DNA of 64,000 nucleotides from Escherichia coli O157:H7 (GTDB lineage Bacteria; Pseudomonadota; Gammaproteobacteria; Enterobacterales; Enterobacteriaceae): NCBI RefSeq assembly GCF_013167455.1, contig NZ_CP038328.1; one strand, 5' to 3'. Shown piece by piece: positions 53,689 to 64,000 of this stretch (position 1 is its first letter; each line of letters starts with the position of its first letter). The notes under the pieces were generated by a model. It saw only the letters and a program-made list of their open reading frames with translations, ran no database searches and was not told where the DNA came from. The position numbers and the translations under genes were made by a program.

Positions 53689-53967
53689 TCATTTTTTCGG
53701 TTTAGTGTAGCTACGCATCAACTGCGTTCTGTCGATAAACTCATGGGTCTGCGGATCATGGTAGCGTGATGGCCAGATAACCCAGGGGTCAGTTCCCAGG
53801 GCTTTCGCAATAATCATCTCTCCTTTCGGCCATGGGCGCGATAATGCATTCGCCAGCGTTGAGGAACTCAAACCATTTCTGCGAGACTCCGCCGCCATTG
53901 ATGTTCCCTTCTTGCGCAAACCCGCAATGATGTCAGCGGGATGCCAGTCAATGAAATTACTTTCCAT
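53689..53967 (-). CDS. sfsB: Ner-like DNA-binding regulator SfsB (Nlp)
   Basis: 92-aa ORF matching Nlp/SfsB. Confidence 0.85.
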   Translation of the reverse strand: MESNFIDWHPADIIAGLRKKGTSMAAESRRNGLSSSTLANALSRPWPKGEMIIAKALGTDPWVIWPSRYHDPQTHEFIDRTQLMRSYTKPKK

Positions 53968-54195
53968 CTTTCCTCACTCCTTAAGTTAGTCGCTTTCATT
54001 CAGAACACTTCTTCTGTCGAGCATCACTATACTCCTGATGGCCGATTGCTCTAAAAAGTTCCTATAAAGAGTGTGAATATTCAGAATATATAAAGATGTA
54101 TGCACTGGTTTTTCAGTGCATTATTACGCTGAATAGGTATTCTTATGGAGTTTACTGGAATCATCCCGCGCACTGCGCGGGATGAGGGGAGGGGA

Positions 54196-55167
54196 TTAAC
54201 GATCGCGTTGAACAGCGATGTGCGCGAGGCCGATGAGTGCTTCTCGCCAAGGGGTGTCCGGGAGCACCTGTAACGCTGCGATGGCTTTGTCTGCTTCTTC
54301 CTCGGCGCGCTGACGCGTCCATTCAAGAGATCCACAAGCGTTCATTGCTTCCAGAACCGGTTTCAGAAGATGGCGACCGTTACCCTGTTCGATGGCGGTA
54401 CGGATCATCTGTGCCTGTTCTGGTGTGCCATGATGCATCGCATGCAGCAGCGGCAGCGTCGGTTTACCTTCGTTCAGATCGTCGCCGACGTTTTTACCTA
54501 ACTGTTCGCCATCGGCATTGTAATCGAGTAAATCGTCGATCAACTGGAAAGCAGTGCCGAGATAGCGCCCATAATCCTGCAGGCCTTTCTCCTCCTCCGG
54601 CGTACAGCCCGCCAGAATTCCGGAACACTGCGCGGCAGCCTCAAACAGACGCGCGGTTTTGCTATAGATAACGCGCATGTAGTTTTCTTCAGTGATGTCC
54701 GGATCGTTAACATTCATCAGTTGCAGAACTTCACCTTCTGCGATGACGTTTACGGCTTCTGACATGACTTCCAGCACTTTGAGTGAACCGAGGCTGGTCA
54801 TCATCTGGAACGCGCGGGTATAAATAAAATCGCCTACCAGCACGCTGGCGGCATTGCCAAATGCGGCGTTGGCGGTAGCTTTACCCCTGCGCATATCTGA
54901 TTCATCCACAACGTCGTCGTGCAGCAGAGTCGCCGTGTGGATAAACTCGATCAGGGCAGCAATGGTGACATGCGCATTTCCCTCATAGCCAACAGCTCGT
55001 GCAGCCAGTACAGCAATCATCGGACGAATACGTTTACCGCCGCCGCTGACGATGTAATAGCCTAACTGATTGATCAGTTGGACGTCGGAATTAAGCTGCT
55101 CAAGGATTGCCGCATTAACACCCGCCATATCTTGCGCGGTTAACTCATTGATTTTTTCTAAATTCAT
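54196..55167 (-). CDS. ispB: Octaprenyl diphosphate synthase
   Basis: 323 aa; first aspartate-rich motif LLHDDVVDESDMRRG. Confidence 0.95.
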   Translation of the reverse strand: MNLEKINELTAQDMAGVNAAILEQLNSDVQLINQLGYYIVSGGGKRIRPMIAVLAARAVGYEGNAHVTIAALIEFIHTATLLHDDVVDESDMRRGKATANAAFGNAASVLVGDFIYTRAFQMMTSLGSLKVLEVMSEAVNVIAEGEVLQLMNVNDPDITEENYMRVIYSKTARLFEAAAQCSGILAGCTPEEEKGLQDYGRYLGTAFQLIDDLLDYNADGEQLGKNVGDDLNEGKPTLPLLHAMHHGTPEQAQMIRTAIEQGNGRHLLKPVLEAMNACGSLEWTRQRAEEEADKAIAALQVLPDTPWREALIGLAHIAVQRDR

Positions 55168-55389
55168 CGCAAAAGCCGGGCTTTTCGCCCCGATTACCTT
55201 ACTGTGAACAAAGGCAACTTAGGGTTTATGGTTAGGAATATAGGGTGATTGTACTGAAAAAATGGCACAGATAAACGTTACCGTACAAGTTGTGTTTTTT
55301 TTCTTCGTGTATTGACTGTAGCACTTGTCAAAGGCGTGCGTTTTGCGTAATATTCGCGCCCTATTGTGAATATTTATAGCGCACTCTGA

Positions 55390-56015
<626 letters not shown>

Positions 56016-56040
56016 GTTTTTCGCGTCCCGGTAACGGATG

Positions 56041-56071
56041 AAAGCCCCGCAACACGTTGCGGGGCTTTTTA
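56041..56071 (+). terminator. Intrinsic terminator after rpmA
   Basis: hairpin gccccgcaacacgttgcggggc followed by TTTTT. Confidence 0.8.
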
Positions 56072-56141
56072 CATTCGATAACCGGTAAAAATGCGCATGG
56101 TGCGACGTTAATCCGCAAATGCGCTTTGCAGGGAATACGGT

Positions 56142-57107
56142 ATGAAGCAGCAGGCAGGCATTGGCATTCTTTTGGCGCTCACCACAGCAATTTGCTGGGG
56201 GGCGTTGCCAATTGCAATGAAGCAGGTGCTGGAGGTGATGGAACCTCCGACAATCGTGTTTTACCGTTTCTTGATGGCGAGTATTGGCCTGGGGGCCATT
56301 CTTGCGGTGAAGAAGAGGTTGCCGCCATTACGCGTGTTTCGTAAGCCACGCTGGTTGATTTTGTTGGCAGTGGCGACCGCCGGGCTGTTTGGGAACTTCA
56401 TCCTGTTCAGCTCATCCTTGCAATACCTGAGTCCGACCGCTTCGCAGGTGATTGGGCAACTCTCGCCAGTTGGCATGATGGTTGCCAGCGTATTTATCCT
56501 GAAAGAGAAAATGCGCAGCACTCAGGTTGTAGGGGCATTGATGCTCCTGAGCGGCCTGGTGATGTTTTTTAACACCAGTCTGGTCGAGATATTTACAAAG
56601 CTAACCGATTACACCTGGGGAGTTATCTTTGGGGTCGGTGCTGCGACGGTTTGGGTGAGTTATGGCGTGGCGCAAAAGGTTTTATTGCGTCGGCTGGCCT
56701 CACCGCAGATCCTGTTTTTACTGTACACTTTATGTACAATTGCGCTCTTCCCTCTGGCAAAGCCTGGAGTGATAGCGCAGCTTAGCCACTGGCAGCTCGC
56801 ATGTTTAATTTTTTGCGGACTGAATACCTTGGTAGGATATGGCGCCCTGGCGGAAGCGATGGCTCGCTGGCAGGCAGCGCAGGTGAGCGCGATCATCACG
56901 CTCACCCCACTGTTTACGCTGTTTTTTTCAGATCTTTTATCACTGGCCTGGCCCGATTTCTTCGCCAGACCGATGTTAAACCTTTTAGGTTATCTCGGTG
57001 CGTTTGTCGTGGTTGCGGGCGCGATGTATTCCGCCATTGGTCATCGTATTTGGGGCGGATTACGTAAGCATACAACGGTGGTATCGCAACCCCGCGCAGG
57101 CGAATGA
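56142..57107 (+). CDS. yhbE: EamA/DMT-family inner-membrane transporter YhbE
   Basis: 321-aa multi-TM protein. Confidence 0.85.
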   Translation: MKQQAGIGILLALTTAICWGALPIAMKQVLEVMEPPTIVFYRFLMASIGLGAILAVKKRLPPLRVFRKPRWLILLAVATAGLFGNFILFSSSLQYLSPTASQVIGQLSPVGMMVASVFILKEKMRSTQVVGALMLLSGLVMFFNTSLVEIFTKLTDYTWGVIFGVGAATVWVSYGVAQKVLLRRLASPQILFLLYTLCTIALFPLAKPGVIAQLSHWQLACLIFCGLNTLVGYGALAEAMARWQAAQVSAIITLTPLFTLFFSDLLSLAWPDFFARPMLNLLGYLGAFVVVAGAMYSAIGHRIWGGLRKHTTVVSQPRAGE

Positions 57108-58295
<1,188 letters not shown>

Positions 58296-58299
58296 TCAG

Positions 58300-58332
58300 C
58301 AAAACCCCGGCCATGTGCCGGGGTTTCTTTTT
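58300..58332. terminator. Bidirectional terminator between obgE and dacB
   Basis: hairpin ccccggccatgtgccgggg flanked by an A-run and TTTCTTTTT. Confidence 0.8.
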
Positions 58333-58334
58333 GA

Positions 58335-59768
58335 CTAATTGTTCTGATAAATATCTTTATACAAACGGCTTTCAAAACGCACTAACGGAATACGGCGATT
58401 ACGCTGATCCGCCGGTTCTACTGCATAGCCAGAAAGATATTGTACAAACGCCATTCGTTGCCCGCTCGCTGTGGTAATGAATCCCGCCAGGTTATATACC
58501 CCCTGCAACGAACCGGTTTTCGCTGAGACTTTTCCATCCACGCCCGCCTGATGCAGACCTGCACGGTACTGCAAAGAGCCGTCATAGCCCGCTAGCGGCA
58601 GCATGGAGATAAAGTTAAGTTCATTGTCGTGTTGGGCAATGTATTGCAGCACCTGCATCATGGTGGCGGGGGCAATCAGGTTATGCCGCGAAAGCCCTGA
58701 ACCATCGGCAATAATGGTGTTTCCAATATCGACACCGGCTTGCTGGCGCAGGATCTGACGCACAGCGTCCGACCCGGCCCGCCATGTTCCAGGCACATTG
58801 AAGCGCGCATGGCCTATCATGCGGAAAACCGTATCGGCGATCATGTTGTCCGACTTTTTCAGCATAATCTTAAGCAGATCGTGCAGCGGGGCCGACTGTT
58901 TACTGGCAACTACCGTTCCAGGTTCGTTAACCTGAGTCTGGCGCAGCAGTGTTCCGCTCCAGGTGATACCCGCCTGTTTTAACTCATCTTTCAGAATTGC
59001 ACCGGCATAGCTGGCTCCATCCTGCACGGCAAAAGCCAACGGGAGCGGCTCAGAACGTTGTGGCAGGCATCCCGTCAGCGTAAAGCGGTTCAGGTCGCCT
59101 GGCACCACATCCAGTTCGCAGTATTGCGCTTCGGCAGAACCACGGGGGAGGGTGCGTACCTGGCTGAACATCGTAACGGGGTAATAAGATGCCACGCGTA
59201 TAAAAGCCATATCACCAGGTTTTGGGGCACTGTAGAGCGAGACGGAGAAACAGTTGCGGTCAACTATGGCGACGGCAGGCGGAGCGCTAAAGCATTGTGT
59301 CATGTCATTCCATGGCCAGCCGGGGGCTTTATCGTGGCTGGCGAAAATGGAGGTATCTATCAACACATTGCCATCGATTTGGTTGACGCCAGATTTTTTC
59401 AAAGTCGCGACCATATTGCGAATATCTTGACGTTTTAACGTCGGATCGGCACCAAATCGCGCCACTAAGTCACCCTTAAGTACGCCGTTTTCCACATTGC
59501 CTTTGGTTTCAAGCGTCGTGGTGAAACGAAAATCGGGGCCGAGTTGAATCAACGCCGCCAGCGCAGTAATCACTTTCTGGGTACTGGCGGGCAGCGCCAT
59601 CTGCTGACTGTGGTAATCAATAGCGGGGGCCGACGCGCCGACTTTTTGCACCATCAGGGCAAGGTTGGCACCAGCGGGGAGTTGAGTAATGTACTCATCA
59701 ACATTTGCGGCCTGAACACTGAACGCTATACAGCTGGTCAATCCGATGATAAATCTGGAAAATCGCAT
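58335..59768 (-). CDS. dacB: D-alanyl-D-alanine carboxypeptidase/endopeptidase PBP4
   Basis: 477 aa with signal peptide; active-site STQK context (...LPASTQKVITALAAL...). Confidence 0.95.
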   Translation of the reverse strand: MRFSRFIIGLTSCIAFSVQAANVDEYITQLPAGANLALMVQKVGASAPAIDYHSQQMALPASTQKVITALAALIQLGPDFRFTTTLETKGNVENGVLKGDLVARFGADPTLKRQDIRNMVATLKKSGVNQIDGNVLIDTSIFASHDKAPGWPWNDMTQCFSAPPAVAIVDRNCFSVSLYSAPKPGDMAFIRVASYYPVTMFSQVRTLPRGSAEAQYCELDVVPGDLNRFTLTGCLPQRSEPLPLAFAVQDGASYAGAILKDELKQAGITWSGTLLRQTQVNEPGTVVASKQSAPLHDLLKIMLKKSDNMIADTVFRMIGHARFNVPGTWRAGSDAVRQILRQQAGVDIGNTIIADGSGLSRHNLIAPATMMQVLQYIAQHDNELNFISMLPLAGYDGSLQYRAGLHQAGVDGKVSAKTGSLQGVYNLAGFITTASGQRMAFVQYLSGYAVEPADQRNRRIPLVRFESRLYKDIYQNN

Positions 59769-59843
59769 AATCTCGCGCTAACAACCTGGAATCGAGCCGT
59801 CATACTACGGCGCAACGCCCTATAAAGTAAACGATGACCCTTC

Positions 59844-59873
59844 GGGAACTTCAGGGTAAAATGACTATCAAAA
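59844..59873 (+). promoter_or_regulatory. Sigma-E-type promoter upstream of greA
   Basis: GGGAACTT, 16-bp spacer, TCAAAA, matching the sigma-E consensus GGAACTT-N16-TCAAA. Confidence 0.55.
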
Positions 59874-59879
59874 TGTGAA

Positions 59880-59921
59880 TTGTAGCTGACCTGGGACTTG
59901 TACCCGGGTCGGTATTTTTTT
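59880..59921 (+). ncRNA. graL: greA leader RNA ending at an attenuator (GraL-like)
   Basis: hairpin gacctgggacttgtacccgggtc (59888-59910) followed by GGTATTTTTTT, about 95 bp upstream of the greA start; 5' end estimated from the promoter. Confidence 0.5.
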
Positions 59922-60015
59922 GCTTCTGGTCCCGGTGAGGAGTTATGCCGGGCAGGCCGAACAGCCGGGGTGGGTGAACACTTGCCCCATCAGGAATATT
60001 CAAGAGGTATAACAA

Positions 60016-60492
<477 letters not shown>

Positions 60493-60535
60493 GAATTACC
60501 CAATACTCAAGATGTTGATGTATTGTAAAGAAAGG

Positions 60536-60561
60536 AAAAAGGCCGCATAGCGGCCTTTTAT
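60536..60561 (+). terminator. Intrinsic terminator after greA
   Basis: hairpin ggccgcatagcggcc followed by TTTTA, preceded by an A-run. Confidence 0.7.
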
Positions 60562-60647
60562 CAACGAACAGAGCGTGGCATTTTGCTCTCCTGCCTGCGG
60601 AAAACCCCTCGTTTTACACAGCAAATGTGTGTAACTTTAGGATAATC

Positions 60648-60941
60648 TTAGCGTGGCAGCGAGATTTTACGTTCTTTAGTTGGGCGATAAAGCACCAGCG
60701 TTTTACCGATGACCTGTACATTACAGGCGCCGGTTTCGCGCACGATAGCTTCCACGATCAAGGTTTTAGTTTCGCGATCTTCGGTGGCGATTTTCACCTT
60801 GATGAGTTCATGGTGCTCTAACGCTTGTTCAATCTCGGCCAGCACCCCTTCGGTCAAACCATTACTGCCAAGCAGAACAACTGGCTTGAGCGGATGTGCC
60901 AGACCTTTCAGGTGCTGTTTTTGTTTAGTACTCAGATTCAT
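60648..60941 (-). CDS. yhbY: RNA-binding protein YhbY (CRS1/YhbY domain)
   Basis: 97-aa ORF matching YhbY. Confidence 0.9.
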   Translation of the reverse strand: MNLSTKQKQHLKGLAHPLKPVVLLGSNGLTEGVLAEIEQALEHHELIKVKIATEDRETKTLIVEAIVRETGACNVQVIGKTLVLYRPTKERKISLPR

Positions 60942-60964
60942 CGTATTTTTTGCTTACGTTGGGA

Positions 60965-60992
60965 TTGAAAACGGGTCATTCTACCGCCATCT
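60965..60992 (+). promoter_or_regulatory. Candidate sigma-32 heat-shock promoter of rlmE-ftsH
   Basis: TTGAAA at 60965-60970 and a CCGCCATCT -10-like element about 14 bp downstream, roughly 75 bp upstream of rlmE; approximate match to CTTGAA-N13-17-CCCCATNT. Confidence 0.4.
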
Positions 60993-61066
60993 CCCATATA
61001 TCACCAAATAGGCGCGTAAAAATTTACGCAATTGGTTACGATGAGTTATCCCCATGGGAAAGTTAA

Positions 61067-61696
61067 ATGACAGGTAAGAAGCGTTCTGCCAGCTCCAGCC
61101 GCTGGCTTCAGGAACACTTTAGCGATAAATATGTTCAACAGGCACAGAAAAAGGGGTTACGTTCCCGTGCCTGGTTTAAACTTGATGAAATACAGCAAAG
61201 TGACAAACTCTTTAAACCGGGAATGACGGTTGTCGACCTTGGTGCTGCTCCGGGTGGTTGGTCACAATATGTGGTCACCCAAATTGGCGGCAAAGGCCGC
61301 ATCATCGCTTGCGATCTTTTACCTATGGATCCTATCGTTGGTGTGGACTTTCTTCAGGGCGATTTTCGTGATGAACTGGTGATGAAAGCACTGCTGGAGC
61401 GCGTTGGCGACAGCAAAGTCCAGGTTGTCATGTCCGATATGGCACCAAACATGAGCGGAACACCGGCGGTGGATATCCCCCGTGCCATGTATCTGGTGGA
61501 ACTGGCGCTAGAAATGTGTCGTGATGTATTAGCGCCAGGTGGCAGTTTTGTAGTGAAGGTGTTCCAGGGCGAAGGTTTCGATGAGTATCTAAGGGAAATT
61601 CGCTCCCTGTTTACGAAGGTCAAAGTTCGTAAGCCGGACTCTTCTCGTGCACGTTCGCGGGAAGTGTATATTGTAGCGACCGGGCGTAAACCCTAA
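61067..61696 (+). CDS. rlmE: 23S rRNA Um2552 2'-O-methyltransferase (RrmJ/FtsJ)
   Basis: 209 aa; SAM-binding DLGAAPGGW. Confidence 0.95.
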
Positions 61697-61795
61697 CCGG
61701 GAGATTTCAGACGAAAGTTTGAAAGATGCTGGATATAGAGTATCCTGACGCTGTTTTTAACACAGTTGTAATAAGAGGTTAATCCCTTGAGTGAC

Positions 61796-63730
61796 ATGGC
61801 GAAAAACCTAATACTCTGGCTGGTCATTGCCGTTGTGCTGATGTCAGTATTCCAGAGCTTTGGGCCCAGCGAGTCTAATGGCCGTAAGGTGGATTACTCT
61901 ACCTTCCTACAAGAGGTCAATAACGACCAGGTTCGTGAAGCGCGTATCAACGGACGTGAAATCAACGTTACCAAGAAAGATAGTAACCGTTATACCACTT
62001 ACATTCCGGTTCAGGATCCGAAATTACTGGATAACCTGTTGACCAAGAACGTCAAGGTTGTCGGTGAACCGCCTGAAGAACCCAGCCTGCTGGCTTCTAT
62101 CTTCATCTCCTGGTTCCCGATGCTGTTGCTGATTGGTGTCTGGATCTTCTTCATGCGTCAAATGCAGGGCGGCGGTGGCAAAGGTGCCATGTCGTTTGGT
62201 AAGAGTAAAGCGCGCATGCTGACGGAAGATCAGATCAAAACGACCTTTGCTGACGTTGCGGGCTGCGACGAAGCAAAAGAAGAAGTTGCTGAACTGGTTG
62301 AGTATCTGCGCGAGCCGAGCCGCTTCCAGAAACTCGGCGGTAAGATCCCGAAAGGCGTCCTGATGGTCGGTCCTCCGGGTACCGGTAAAACGCTGCTGGC
62401 GAAAGCGATTGCAGGCGAAGCGAAAGTTCCGTTCTTTACTATCTCCGGTTCTGACTTCGTAGAAATGTTCGTCGGTGTGGGTGCATCCCGTGTTCGTGAC
62501 ATGTTCGAACAGGCGAAGAAAGCGGCACCGTGCATCATCTTTATCGATGAAATCGACGCCGTAGGCCGCCAGCGTGGCGCAGGTCTGGGCGGTGGTCACG
62601 ATGAACGTGAACAGACTCTGAACCAGATGCTGGTTGAGATGGATGGCTTCGAAGGTAACGAAGGTATCATCGTTATCGCCGCGACTAACCGTCCGGACGT
62701 TCTCGACCCAGCGCTGCTGCGTCCTGGCCGTTTCGACCGTCAGGTTGTGGTTGGCTTGCCAGATGTTCGCGGTCGTGAGCAGATCCTGAAGGTTCACATG
62801 CGTCGCGTACCATTGGCACCCGATATCGACGCGGCAATCATTGCCCGTGGTACTCCTGGTTTCTCCGGTGCTGACCTGGCGAACCTGGTGAACGAAGCGG
62901 CACTGTTCGCTGCTCGTGGCAACAAACGCGTTGTGTCGATGGTTGAGTTCGAGAAAGCGAAAGACAAAATCATGATGGGTGCGGAACGTCGCTCCATGGT
63001 GATGACGGAAGCGCAGAAAGAATCGACGGCTTACCACGAAGCGGGTCATGCGATTATCGGTCGCCTGGTGCCGGAGCACGATCCGGTGCACAAAGTGACG
63101 ATTATCCCACGCGGTCGTGCGCTGGGTGTGACTTTCTTCTTGCCTGAGGGCGACGCAATCAGCGCCAGCCGTCAGAAACTGGAAAGCCAGATTTCTACGC
63201 TGTACGGTGGTCGTCTGGCAGAAGAGATCATCTACGGGCCGGAACATGTTTCTACCGGTGCGTCCAACGATATTAAAGTTGCGACCAACCTGGCACGTAA
63301 CATGGTGACTCAGTGGGGCTTCTCTGAGAAATTGGGTCCACTGCTGTACGCGGAAGAAGAAGGTGAAGTGTTCCTCGGCCGTAGCGTAGCGAAAGCGAAA
63401 CATATGTCCGATGAAACTGCACGTATCATCGACCAGGAAGTGAAAGCACTGATTGAGCGTAACTATAATCGTGCGCGTCAGCTTCTGACCGACAATATGG
63501 ATATTCTGCATGCGATGAAAGATGCTCTCATGAAATATGAGACTATCGACGCACCGCAGATTGATGACCTGATGGCACGTCGCGATGTACGTCCGCCAGC
63601 GGGCTGGGAAGAACCAGGCGCTTCTAACAATGCTGGCGACAATGGTAGTCCAAAGGCTCCTCGTCCGGTTGATGAACCGCGTACGCCGAACCCGGGTAAC
63701 ACCATGTCAGAGCAGTTAGGCGACAAGTAA
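61796..63730 (+). CDS. ftsH: ATP-dependent zinc metalloprotease FtsH
   Basis: 644 aa from ATG 61796 ([19 protein letters not shown]...); Walker A GPPGTGKT; zinc-binding HEAGH. Confidence 0.95.
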
Positions 63731-63747
63731 GTTCCCGCATCAGATGA

Positions 63748-64000
<253 letters not shown>

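Noticed and set aside
62024-63511. 495-aa ORF on the minus strand
   Set aside because: Lies entirely inside ftsH on the opposite strand; low-complexity, Arg/Thr/Phe-rich translation with no start context. Antisense shadow of a strongly biased coding region.

Overview
The window reads as a gene-dense segment of enterobacterial core chromosome, Escherichia coli-like, identified from the translated ORFs and from my recollection of the K-12 gene order; no alignment or database search was run. Gene order: yhdP, tldD, aaeR/aaeXAB, yhcO, yhcN, argR, mdh, degS, degQ, zapG, zapE, rplM-rpsI, sspAB, dcuD, nanR, nanATEK-nanQ(yhcH), yhcG, gltD, gltB, yhcC, arcB, arcZ sRNA, elbB, mtgA, yrbL, npr, rapZ, ptsN, hpf, rpoN, lptB, lptA, lptC, kdsC, kdsD, yrbG, mlaFEDCB, ibaG, murA, sfsB, ispB, rplU-rpmA, yhbE, obgE, dacB, greA, yhbY, rlmE, ftsH and the 5' end of folP. 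I found no tRNA, rRNA, CRISPR array, IS element, integrase, prophage gene or defence-island-like cluster, and nothing that supports a novel multi-gene system. Several ORF-track starts were trimmed to the start that gives the expected N-terminus. The two observations most worth a second look are (1) a frame discontinuity in a (CG)n tract near the 3' end of dcuD, where the alternative frame encodes a membrane-like tail, and (2) yhcG lying directly downstream of gltD, so that the gltF-yhcADEF block I recall from K-12 is absent. The remaining findings are short repeats, palindromes and leader/regulatory structures of modest interest.
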